Origin: Selaginella moellendorffii
Taxonomy: Eukaryota; Plantae; Lycopodiophyta
DNA length: 64,000 bases
Assembly: GCF_000143415.4 (NCBI RefSeq)
Contig: NW_003314284.1
Coordinates: 1,346,693-1,410,692, forward strand
Reading direction: 5' to 3'
The notes below the pieces were generated by a model. The model did not search any database. It was not told the origin of the DNA and worked only from the letters and a program-made list of their open reading frames with translations. Shown here in pieces: positions 17,401 to 29,625 of this stretch. The first letter of the stretch is position 1. Every line of letters starts with the position of its first letter. The translations under genes were made by a program, and so were the position numbers.

Positions 17401-19000
17401 AAGAGATGTGGCTTTTTATCTTGAGTTGATATTCTAGAGTTTAGATGCAAAAGATACAATATAAATACATAAATTTCATGCAACTTGGGTAAGGAGTTTA
17501 TTTCTTGCAGTGGTTCTGATTTTTTTGCATAGAAGAATGCTCTTGATAAATGAATATCTATATATATTTTAATGACTACGTAGTATTACATCTATATATA
17601 TTTGCAGTGTATTGCAATTACATATGAAAGCACATATATAAGCTTCTATACATAAGACCTATAGTGTTTATGCAAAATTCACACAATAAGAAGCCTTAAT
17701 TTTGTAAAAATTCTCTTCAAATTAAGTGGATTTGAGGTGAAAGAATTTTTAAGGCATATAATCTAGAATTTTAGTATAGTTTATAAGATTTTGGGTTTCC
17801 CACAATTAATTTATAAAAAGTAGCTGCCACAAATTATTGCTTCTAGTTTTAAGATTTTGTAACATGATTTATTATACAAGACATTCAATTAGTTGCAGGA
17901 TTTGTAACAACTTTATACTTTATTCCTTAATCTTGCATTTAAATGTGTTTTCCCCTCAAGAGCATAAAAAATGGGAAGGATAAGGCACCTTGTATTATAT
18001 GGTAAAATATTTAAGATCTCTTTGTTAAACTCTTGAACAAGATTACAAACAATAGCAATTTATAAGTAAATGCTTGTATGAATGTATAGATACTTTATTG
18101 CTTTATTGTTTTTTTGGTCGAAAGGATTCATTGAGCTCGGCTTTCTTGAACAGATATATTAGTTTGGTTATACTATCTCACTCTATGAATGAATCGTCAA
18201 TTGATATATCAAGTTAAAATATGCCACATTACTGTAATTTATATTTATATGCCTATTATTAATATTTATTTTTTATTTTTGTCTTTGGAGTGAGATGTTT
18301 CAAGAAAATAACAAAACTATAAATCTATTTTAAAAATATTTAAGATTAGTATCTTAACTAATAAATTTTAAGCTGAAATAAATAAAATCTATGCAATAAG
18401 TCAAAATAACTAGAATATATTATTATTTAATATTGTACAACTCATGTATTCTTCTTTTATTACTTATTAATCATGTTAACAAAATATTTAATTTTATATT
18501 GCTCTTTTTAATTTATGAATATTTAGAATACTTTTATATAAGAGTATATAATCCTTTTTAAAATCACTAATTTACATTTGTCACTAATTTACATTGGACA
18601 CAATTATCATGTAAATCATGTAATACAAACAAGCATTTTCAAAGGTTCTTCACCATATTTTTTTTTAAAAACCTAATCTCATGAATATTCCTAGATTGGC
18701 CATGAGATTGGTTATTTTTAAAATCCTCTTGCTAATGAAGGCATAATTTATTTTATAAAACATTCTTTATAGATAATTTAAAATTTTAGATTGTTTTTAA
18801 CAAATAGCATATTATAAAACTTATAACTTCTTAAAATGTTTTATTTTAAAAAATAATTATATATAAAAATTGATAATTAGAAATCAATATTTTAAAGTTC
18901 TAGACTCAATTTTATAGAAGTTTTATATAAAACTAAATATCTTTTTTGAAGATACAGAAAATATTCTGAAGTGCATAACCGACCGTTTTGAATTTTATTT
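14410..19000. repeat. AT-rich, CpG-poor region of probable degraded transposon debris
   Basis: Very high AT, no intact ORFs, decayed coding-like repeats (EVEV/P units at ~16830-17090), imperfect inverted repeat at ~18663-18723; family not identifiable. Confidence 0.45.
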
Positions 19001-19009
19001 CTAGGGCTC

Positions 19010-22000
19010 ATGGAGCATGGATCATCGCGCAAGTCCTCGGTGGTGAGGCCCTTCTCGCTCCAGCTGTCGGCGTCGCTGGTCGAGGATCTCTACGCGCCGA
19101 TCGCCATGCCGCACCCGATGAGCAGCTCTTCTAGCTCTCAGGAACAGGAAGAATCGCCTCCATCGCCGGTTGATGAGTCGGCGCCACGGGCGAGGAGCCC
19201 GGAGGAAAATGCTGGCCCGGGATTTTGTCCAATGTGTGCCACAAGGCGTTCCTTTGGTGATGTCAGCCATGAATCTCCATCCACTTCCAAGGAGAAATCC
19301 CCTCCCTGGACTCTAGTAAGTTCCCTTTTTCTACCGTGGAGGGATCTTACGTTCCATTCAGGTTCTTCGCTTCAAAGCCATCAGTGTTACGATGGATCAC
19401 ACCGAAGTTGGTCCGGGCTATGATACCTTTGGCAAGAAGCTACTTGGATGCCTTCTAGGAGTTTGCATTAAGCTGGCTCGTTCCAAGAAGAAATCCAGCA
19501 AGATCAAGGTTCTCAAGGACGTGAGTGGCTATGTGATGCCGGGTTCCATGACTCTTGTTCTCGGTCCGCCAGGTTCGTGACCTTGATTTTTGTTTCTTTT
19601 GAGACCTTTTCCTTCTAAACAGGCAGTGGGAAGAGCACTCTCCTCAAGGTAGCATGGTGATTGTTTGGAGATATGAAATGCTTTGTTTCATATGCTACAT
19701 TGGCTGTTAATTCTACAGACAGTGGTGATAACAGGTGATGGGAGGAAAGCTACGTCCTAACAGACGACTCAGGCTGGAGGGCGTTGTGCTTTACAACAAC
19801 GACCCTTTGTCGCCCAGACTTGCTATAAAGCGGCCCATCGCTTATGTGACTCAACACGACAACGTGTAAGTAGGCTCGTTGATGTTTCTCAGCCGTATAA
19901 ACTGGCCTACACTTGCAGGCATTTGCCGTTTTTCACAGTCCGAGAAACTATCGAGTTTGTTCAACGGTGTGCTCTATGGCAGCGTTGTATGCCACAGTCC
20001 GATGCTGTACAGGGCCGGGACTCGTACGTGGACTACATCCTACACATGTTTGGTCTCAAAAAGATTGAAAACGAACGGGTTGGGACTCTTGCTGATGGCA
20101 TCAAGGATAGCGACCGAAACAGACTGGCAACTGCGGAGATTGCTATGGGTACATACTCTGTGTTGCTGTATGATCAGACAAGTTCTGGACAGGACTCGCT
20201 TATCACGTATGACTTGCTTCAAATGCTGCAAAGCGTGGTTCACGTACAGCATTGTGCTGCCGTCATATCGCTGGTTCAGATTTCACCGGAATCCTTCGAT
20301 CTTTTCGACCGTGTTATCCTTCTCAGCGAGGGTGAGGTTCTCTATCAAGGCCCGCGTGAATGCGTCGAGAGCTACTTCTTAAAGCTTGGGTATGTGTTTG
20401 GCACACTTTGTTCTTCGTTTTATTTTTGCCTGGCAGGTTCAAGAAGCCCGCTCACGTAGACTCTGGAACATTTTTACAGGATATTGCAGCTGGCGAGGGT
20501 GGACAGTATTCACAGCAGCCTTCATCGCTTAGTATTGAGGAGCTTATAAAGTTCTATAAAGGATCGGACTACTATAAAGACGTTTTTCGGCTTGTTTCAA
20601 CTGAAAAGGCGACTCAAGCAACCTTATTCAGAACTTCTAGCATTCGTGCTTCGCTGCAAGGGAATGGTATGGAAAAGAATATGTGTTCTTTTGCTACTAA
20701 AATGCAGTGAGCCGTGCAGATGTGTTGGTGACGGAAGCTCCGAGTGTAGAAAGTTGTGCTTGCGTTCGTGTTGGCGACAAGGTGACAGGAGTTTGCGTGC
20801 GTAGTGAAGAATTTCAATATGTTGAGAGCTCGGATTCAGCTTCGAAAGTATCCAACATGTTGAAGGCATCGTATAGCTCCATCCTTTTACAGTTGGAGCG
20901 AAATCTCGATGAGGTTGGGCATCTCGTAATTTGAAAGTCCCTTTATGTCTTTAGTTTGCAGGGAGGCAATGCTATGTATTATCAAAGACACTTCGGATGG
21001 CAACAATTTTGTTCGTGGTGGTTGTCGACCTGGTGTTTGATCCGGCGTCAAACAATATTTGTAATGCGACTTAAGGGATTAGCTATTGTACGACTTCTCC
21101 AGGTAATGACAGCGTCCGATTTAGTCATGCTAAATGCTGACTCTTCAGATTCTTTTAGTCGGCTTGTTCACTGGCTCCTTGTTCTATCATAAAGGAGGCA
21201 GACTTGATCAATACGAAATGAATTCTATGAGAACGATTGGATTTATATCTATGATGACTTTGATGTTAATTAACATCGTCCAGCTTCCGGTCCATATGGT
21301 GTTTCATCGACCCGTTTTCTACAAGCAGCAAGGTCAACACTTATTTCCTGTTTCTTCGTATGTAGTAGCACATGCCATTTTGAACATTCCTCAATCAGTT
21401 ACAGAGGTATGCTATTATTTTCTCGTATGACTTGAGCGTTGAAAGTATTACAGGCACTGCTTTACAGTTTGTGCGTGTATTTTTTAGCTTCGCTGTCTAA
21501 AGAGAAGGCAGCACATTATGTTCAGTACTTAGGATTGATTTTTGTCACTGCTTATTTGGGCTCACTTTGGATGTTGTTGGTAGGTGCCATTGCACCAATG
21601 CTGGAAGTAGCCACAACGATGGGAGGTATGACTTTTTCTGAGATAATGTAGCTTCAGCAACATGTCTACTTGTTTTTACAGGTTCATTTGTCGCTTTGAA
21701 CCTTCTATTTTCGGGCTCCACGATTATTCCAAGTGTAATCAGCTGGTACTGGCGATGGGTTCTATACATTACACCAACTCGTTGGGGAAATGTCATTTTT
21801 ACATCGACTCAAACCGACAACCGCTATGAATTACCTTGCACACTTTACCGCACGTATCCATTCTGTCTTCTTCATCCAACACTTTCTCTTGGCCAAGCAT
21901 TTCTCAAGTATTATGAGCTACAAGCTGGTGGAAAAAGGCTTGTTCTCGCATTCGGAGTCATCGTTGCATATATTCTGGTTCTCATTTATTTGGCATATCT

Positions 22001-24041
22001 TGCGTACAGCAAAGTCCGGATACAAGAAACGGCATCGGCTATACCAAGGCAGAAACAGTATGTTCGCGGCCCCAACAATGTGGAACAAGCAGAGAACGGA
22101 GGTACACGAGCACCTGGGAGGTGGACTTGCAAGTTATCTGTCAAGCCTGTAACGCTCTCCTTTCACCAGCTGAGGTTCACCAGGCGGGACGCGCGATCTT
22201 CTTTTGAGCAAGTAGTATTGGACAACGTCTCTGGCTATGCCAAGCCAGGAACAATGCTAGCAATTGCTGGGGGCACACGGTCGGGCAAGGCAACGTTACT
22301 CAACTGCATTGCAGGCAGGCTACCACCCGGCAAGCTCGAGGGTGACGTTTCTTTAAACGGTTTGAAACTGGACAGACTCGCCATCTGCCGGATATCTGGA
22401 TTTGCTGAGAAGTTGGAAGCTCACCAACAGTATCTTACTGTCAGAGAGTCCCTGGAGTTCAGTGCAAATCTCAGGCTGGGAAAACAAATCAGTGCGGACG
22501 ACAAAGCTCGGCATGTGACGGAGGTCCTGGAACTTTTGGGATTGTCAGCTATGAGCAATCAACTTGTTGGCAACTTGAAGCTCGTCACTGCTCGAATCCA
22601 GGAGACAAGAAGGAAACTTACTATAGCTGTGGAACTCGCCGTCAACCCCGGCATACTTTTCTTGGAGGATCCCACGGCGCAGCTGGATGGCACTAGCTCC
22701 AGAGAGATTCTGAGACTGCTCCAGAGTGTTGCTTTAAGCGGGCGTACTATCATCAGCATGCTGGATCATCCCAGTGGAGAGGCACTCAGCGTGTTCAACG
22801 ATGTGTTGGTACTAGCTATTGGCGGTCACACAGCCTATTTCGGCGCCGTTGGCTGGAACTGCAAGCAAGTGCTGCACTACTTCACGTCAGTGCCGAGTTC
22901 GCCACCTTACAACGAGCAGTGGAACCCTGTCACCTACATCCTCGAAGCACTTGGCGGAGGCATAAAGGAGCGAAAACCATTGCACGACTTCTCTCAGCTG
23001 TACCAGTCCAGCCCTCTACATCAGGCAAACGCGGAGGTACTCGAGAGGCTTCTCAAGCAGCAGCCAGATCCCGAGCTCAAGAACATCAGCTCTCGATACG
23101 CAGCTTCGTTCAAGACGCAGGCAGCCATGGTGTTCCTCCGGAACCAGCGTTTCTTATGGAGGAACGTGACATACACACTCCGCCGCCTCCTTGGGACCAT
23201 TCTCGTCGCTCTCGTCATGGGAACACTCTACCTCAACATCTCCGTGGAAAAGCTGCTGTTCATGACGTCCGCCAGCCTCTTCCCGTATATCCAGCTGATT
23301 ATGATCTCCGGGCTCACGGCCAACAACGTTATACCGCAGCTCGGAACGGACAGGCTCGTCTACTATCGAGAGAACCGAGCAAGGATGTACTCCCCGATGC
23401 TGTATCCGCTGTCCTGGGCCATCGCCGAGGTTCCATACTTGCTGCTCGGCACACTCGCCTTCGTCGGGATTGGAAACGGCCTGGCCAACCTTGCCGTCGA
23501 CTCCGTGTCCGCGTTCGTCCAGTACTGGATCGGCCTGTTTCTCTTCACCCTGGCCGTGACTTACTTCGGCATCTTCGTCACGCTGCTGTTTCCAAACTCG
23601 CTGCTGGCCATGACGGTCTCGTCGATATCGACTTCGGTGTGGGTGGCGTCCTCGGGGGTCTCCATTCCGCGCTACAACATCCAGTTTTACAAGTGGCTCT
23701 ACTGGATCAACCCGTATCAGTACGCCGTCAATATCCTCACCACGACTGCGTTCTACTGCGACACCGGAACTCCGGCGTGCAATGCTTGCACGATCGGCGC
23801 GAGTTGCCCTGGATGCAAGTGCAAGAGGCTGGTCGACTTGGAGAAGAAGCTGGTGCAAATCTATGGGCCGGTCTTCAGCCAGTTCATTCGAGCAAGCTTC
23901 GTGTGGGAGAGGCTGAGCAAGGCAAGAGTTCTTGAGAAGCACAGGATTGGGAAGGACTTCCTGGCTCTGGCTTTCATGGTGCTGCTCTTCGCGGTCCTGG
24001 CGATCGTATCCTTCGCTCGACTCAAGCACAACAGGAAGTAA
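19010..24041 (+). CDS. Full-size ABCG/PDR-like transporter, copy 1 (NBD1-PDZ-like-TMD1-NBD2-TMD2), degenerate ATPase motifs
   Basis: [118 protein letters not shown]; introns in 5' half, single ~2.36-kb terminal exon. Confidence 0.9.
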
Positions 24042-24530
24042 AACTCACGACGTTCTCGCGACGCTCTGGGCTATGACGAGAACTTTGGAGGACTAGAGTG
24101 AGGTACTTCGCAGTTTAGTTTTCTAAATTTCCTTCCCAGATGGTGGACCTTTCACGATTGAGCTCAAGGCTTACGTACTTCAAGACGACAATTTTTTTCT
24201 TTTCTTTTTTCAGCTTTCGTGCGAAACTTCGGAGGAAAAAATTAAGATCGATGGTGGCGGCTTGCTTGGATAATTGCGAGCGTCGTGGACTAACATATGG
24301 GAAGAAATACTATAAAATTTCTAGAGATATGGGAGCTATATGGAGGTGTTTGAGTTTGACTAGGATCTCTCTCCAGAGAGATAGGGCTTTTACGAATTTC
24401 AACGCAGTGACGTTTTTTGGAAATCTGGGCCAGGTAGAGCTTCTTCCAGTGATCTCTGCGCTTCTTTCTCCTTGATCTAGGAAATTTGGAGAATTTCTGT
24501 GAGAATACAGCTCCCGATCGTCGATCGGGG

Positions 24531-27500
24531 ATGGCTGCCACCGCGGATGATGGCGCCGATGATCGCCGCCACGAAATGGAGGCCGCGAGAGTCTCCAATT
24601 CCTCGTCCCTCCGCGAGCTCGTCGTCGATGAGGAGCTGCCAAGGGCTGTGAGCCTCAGCATTGCGAGATCGAGCTCGCTCAAGAGCGATCTGGAGCAGTA
24701 CCACGCTGCGACGGATCCATATGACCTGGTACCAGATATTTAAAATTTTCCTTGTTCTTTTCTTTCTGTCCGGGAAGATCTTTACCAGGCGAGCGTTTGC
24801 AGGTGATAAGATTCAAGGGTGTCACTGTGACCGTGAACAGTCCTCAGCAGCAAGCGCAGAGCTATGAAACGTTTGGAAGGAAGATTGTGGGCTGCTTTCT
24901 CGGTCCTCTAAAGCTTCTCGCGAAGAAAAGAGATCAACCGAGCAGTGTCAAGGTACTTGACGACGTGAGTGGCTACGTTATGCCTGGCTCCATGACTCTA
25001 GTGATCGGTCCGGCAGGTAATTCTCCAAAACTTAACGAACTCTAGCTACATTTTCACGGTTTTTTTCTTTTTTTTCTTTGTTCTAGGAAGTGGAAAGACT
25101 GCTCTTTTGAAGGTAATTTAGTGGTTTCTTATTACAATGTGACTTATCCATCTTTCTGTGATTATACCAGGTCCTTGCCGGACACTTTCATCCCAGCAAG
25201 CTCGTAAAGTTTGAAGGCCAGGTCTTATACAACGACTCCGTATTGACGCCAGATCTCGAGACCAAGCGTCCGATTGCTTATGCTACAGGCCTTCACAACG
25301 TGTACGTAATCTTTGTTTTGTTTTCTTCTTGTCTGAACTCCATTTAATGCTTTTTATCAGCCACTTGCCGGTGCTTACCATTCGAGAAACTCTCGAGTTT
25401 GCCGAGAAATGCACGCGACGGCTTCGACCGCAGGAACTCACGGCCCAAATGATCAGGTGCTTTGCTCCGGACTTGGCAGACAGCGACAATCCATTCCTGG
25501 AATATGTTCTACAGACTTTCGGCTTAAAGCAAATCGAGCATTTGGTGGTCGGGCCTCTCCTGAAGGAATCAGCGAAAGCCAGGCTTACGACAGCAGAGAT
25601 CGCGATGCGGACTTTTTCAGTCTTTCTATACGATCAGCCAGCAACGGCAGAGGACTCGTTACGCCTTTATGACAGGCTTCATAATCTCTTAGACACAGTG
25701 ATTCGTGTTCAAGAATGCGCTCTAGTAACTTGCATGGCTCAGGTAGCTCCGGAAGTTTTCGAGCTTTTTGACAGGATCATTATCTTGTCCGAGGGCCAGA
25801 TGATCTACCAAGGTCCTCGACACAGTGTGGAAAACTACTTCTTCAAGCTTGGGTATGTCTAAACTCTCTTATCTGCTGACGAACTAACTTCCTTGTTGCC
25901 TGCCAGATATAAAAAACCTAGCTATGTCGATCCTGCTGTGTTCCTTCAAGATATTTCTGCGGGGTCTGGAGCTGGATACCTGATGCCTGGTTTTACAAAA
26001 CTGGGAATTCCGGAGCTTGTTGTATCTTATAAAGCATCCGACCATTTCAAAGACGTCACGCGTATCGTTTCCAGCAAAGACGTGACTCACACTTACATGG
26101 CCGAGACTATCTCCGATATTGAGATCTCCATCCAGCATGACACTCTGAATGGCCCGGGTAACGATACGTGTTCCTCTTTAGTGTCGAATTATAAGGTTTT
26201 GTAGGTGTTTACGTGACAAATGTCTCCGAGGCCGGAGAGATCATAACCAATGGAGCGGTTCGAGTGGGAGACGAAATCACTGCTGTTGTGCTGCCTGACG
26301 GTAGTACTCACTACGTTAGAGGTGGCTCTCCAGCCGAACAGGCGGCTCAAGCTTGTAAAGTTGCCGACTTGCTAAACTCGAGAGAAGGATCACTTCACGT
26401 GCAACTGGAGCGTAAAATGCAAGAGGTGAGAACTCATACCAAATCTTCAGATGTTAATGGTAATCTCATGGAGTTTTCCTGTCCAGAAAGAAACCGGTGC
26501 GTGCTACAAAAAGCGGTTTGGATTTGTCAACGTGAAGGACTGGCTATGGTCTACGCAATGCCTTGTGAAGCGTCAATTTACATTTGCGATTCGTTTCAAA
26601 ATCCTGATCATACTTCGGCTGTTCCAGGTTTGAAAAGCTCTAGACTTTTTCTTAGCTTTCAACAATCGTATTCGTACAGATTACTGTTCTTGGACTCTTT
26701 GCTGGTTCTTTCTTCTACAAGAAAGGCGGCAAGATCGATCAATATGAGATGATTGCGCTACGAACCCTTGGCTTCGTCTCGATGATGGTCTTGATGCTTA
26801 TAAACCTCACACAACTCCCAATCCACCTCTTGATTCATCGGCCGGTTTTCCAAAAGCACCGCGAGCTGCATTTCTTCCCAGTTTCTTCATACGTCGTGGC
26901 TCAAGGCCTCGTGAGTCTCCCGCAATCACTTCTCGAGGTAAGAGTCGCTTGATTGTCGGAAGCTTCACACATACATGGTCATTCTCTTGAGCAGGCAATA
27001 ATCTATAGCATGTGTACGTACTTCCTCGCGGGCCTCTCACTGGAAAATGCTGCGCACTACTTCCAGTATTTGGCGCTGATCTTTGTGATAGGATACATGG
27101 GATCGTCGTTCGTGTTTCTCGTCGGCGGATTCGCTCCGCTGCTGGAGAATGCCGCAGCTTTGGCAGGTTTGAAACACCTTTTGACAAAACATTGGGTTTA
27201 TTTTCTTTCATCCACAGGACTTTTCATCCTCGTGTGTCTTCTCTTCTCTGGCGTGATTTTGCTACCCAGTGTGACACCCGCTTACTGGAAATGGATGCTC
27301 TACATCGTTCCAACGCGCTGGGGCAACATCATCTACTCCTCGACTCAGATGAAGACCCGGTACGACCAGCCATGCACGAGCCATCTCAACTTCCAGTTCT
27401 GTTTGGTAAACCCAAGGCTCACGCTCGGCCGGGCCTTTATCAAGTTCTATGACTTGGAAGCCTCCGGGGGAAGGCTGGTGCTCGCGTACGCAGCAATCGT

Positions 27501-29565
27501 CATCTTCATCCTCGCTCTCAACTTCCTCGCATACCTGGCGTACAAAAAGTCCCGCTTGCCGGAGCTGGCGCCATCTCCTGTCAGGAAAGGTCAGCTTCAT
27601 CCAGTTGCCGACGAAGAAGCTGTAAAACCAGATCCGGAGGAGCTGAGCAGAGTAGAGGACGGTAGCCTCCGCGACGGTCCCGGTCAAGAAGAAGCAGCCA
27701 AGTGGATGGAACTCCATCTTCCTGTGAGGCCTCTAGTTCTCACGTTCTTCGACATCACTCTTCCGACAGGGCACCTGAGCCTGATCTCCGGCTATGTCAA
27801 GCCAGGCCAGATGCTAGCTCTCGTCGGAAGCACTCGCGCAGGAAAGTCGACACTCCTCAAGTGCCTGGCCGGCAGGATGCCCTCGGAAGGCGAGGTACTC
27901 GTCAATGGTGTCCGGCTGAAGAAGACGTGCTTCCACCGCATCTCTGGCTTTGCCGAGAACGTCGAGATGCACCAGCCGTATCTCACAGTCCGAGAGTCTC
28001 TCGAGTTCAGCGCCAACCTCCGGCTCAGGCGTCACATAAGCTCCGCCGACAAGGCTCGTCACGTCGATCTCATACTCGAGCTCACAGGCCTCTCCCACGT
28101 AAGCAACAAGCTAGTCGGGGTGTTCCAGCAGATGAACAAGCGACCGCGGGAGATCACCAAGAAGCTCACCATAGCCATCGAGCTGGCAGCAAATCCCAGC
28201 ATCCTGTTTCTCGACGATCCAACTTCGCAGCTGGACGGAGCCAGCGCGAGAAACGTTCTGCACCTCTTGCAAACGGTGGCCATGAACGGACGCACGCTGC
28301 TCGTCACCTTGCACCATCCCAGCGCCGAGACACTAGGCCTCTTCCACAGCGTGCTGGTCTTGCGGGAGGGGAAGCAAGTCTACTTCGGACCACCCGGTAC
28401 CAACGGCAGCCAGCTCCTCGACTATTTCACGGCCATTCCAGGCGTGCCACCTTACGACCCGCGGCGGAGCCCGATGGTGTTCCTGCTGGACATCCTGGGT
28501 GGCGGAACCACGAAGCGGGAGCCCGCGGCGGACTTCGTCTCCGCATATCATAACAGCCCACTGCAGCTCGCAAACGCGGCCGAGCTCCAGTCCCTGCGTG
28601 ACCAGAAAGACGACGGCCTCCACCATCTCAACTCCCGCTACATCGCCCCCTACAAGACGCAGTTCGCTATGGTGTTCCTCCGCAACGCCAGGTTCCTGTG
28701 GCGCAACGTCCGCTACACTTTCAACCGGCTCACGGGCATTGTCATCATCGCGCTCGTCATCGGCACACTCTTCCTCAACATCGACGTCGAGCGGTCCACC
28801 TCCATGCAGTCGGCGTCGCTCATCATGTACATCGAGGCCATCCTCATCTGCGCCACCACCGCCAACAATCTCATCCCGCAGCTCGGCACCGACAGGCAGG
28901 TCTACGTCCGCGAGAGCCGAGCTCGCATGTACACCTCGCTGCTCTACCCGCTGTCCTGGCTCGTCTCGGAGATCCCATACATCCTCCTGGGAACGTTCGT
29001 CTTCGTCGGGATAGCAAACGGGATGGCCGGCGTCGGAGTCGACACCTTCACGATGTTCCTCAAGTACTGGACGTGCCTCTTCCTCTTCACCATGGTGGTG
29101 GTGTGCTACGGCGTCTTCCTGGCCTGCGCAGCTCCGATCCCGACCATAGCCGTCACCTTCTCCTCCATCATCATGTCCATGTGGATCTCCTCGTCCGGCG
29201 TCTCGGTTCCCAGGAACAGGATCCGCTTCTACAAGTGGCTCTACTGGATGAACCCGTTCCAGTACACGATCAACATCCTCACCCCGACCTCCTTCTACTG
29301 CGACACTGGGACCCCGGCCTGCTTGAGCTGCGTCATCCGCCAGCCGTGCCCCGGCTGCCACTGCAAGAGGCTTCACGACGTCGAGCAGCTCCTGACCCGG
29401 ACCAACACCACCCGGCCTGCGTTCGTGTGGGATAGACTGCTGGCTACCAGACCCATCGAGATGAGCCGCAACCACTGGGACTATCTGGCGCTGTGTGGGA
29501 TGGCGCTCTTCTTCGCGGCGCTGGCGGTCACGTCTTTCAAGTTTCTCAAACACAACAGAGCTTGA
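24531..29565 (+). CDS. Full-size ABCG/PDR-like transporter, copy 2 (tandem paralog with same architecture)
   Basis: [101 protein letters not shown]; intron positions match copy 1. Confidence 0.9.
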
Positions 29566-29625
29566 GGTTCTCGCTTCCTTCAGCGTTATGCTTTTCCAAG
29601 ATGATTTCCACCAGGAGAATGTAAC

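Noticed and set aside
18975-19004. Helitron 3' end (CTAG) just before ABCG copy 1
   Set aside because: No convincing GC-rich subterminal hairpin and the following base is not T.
22919-29553. Long overlapping or antisense ORFs (e.g. 22919-23935 +, 23154-24029 -, 28333-29553 -)
   Set aside because: Shadow frames from high-GC3 codon usage in the ABCG terminal exons; no recognisable domains.
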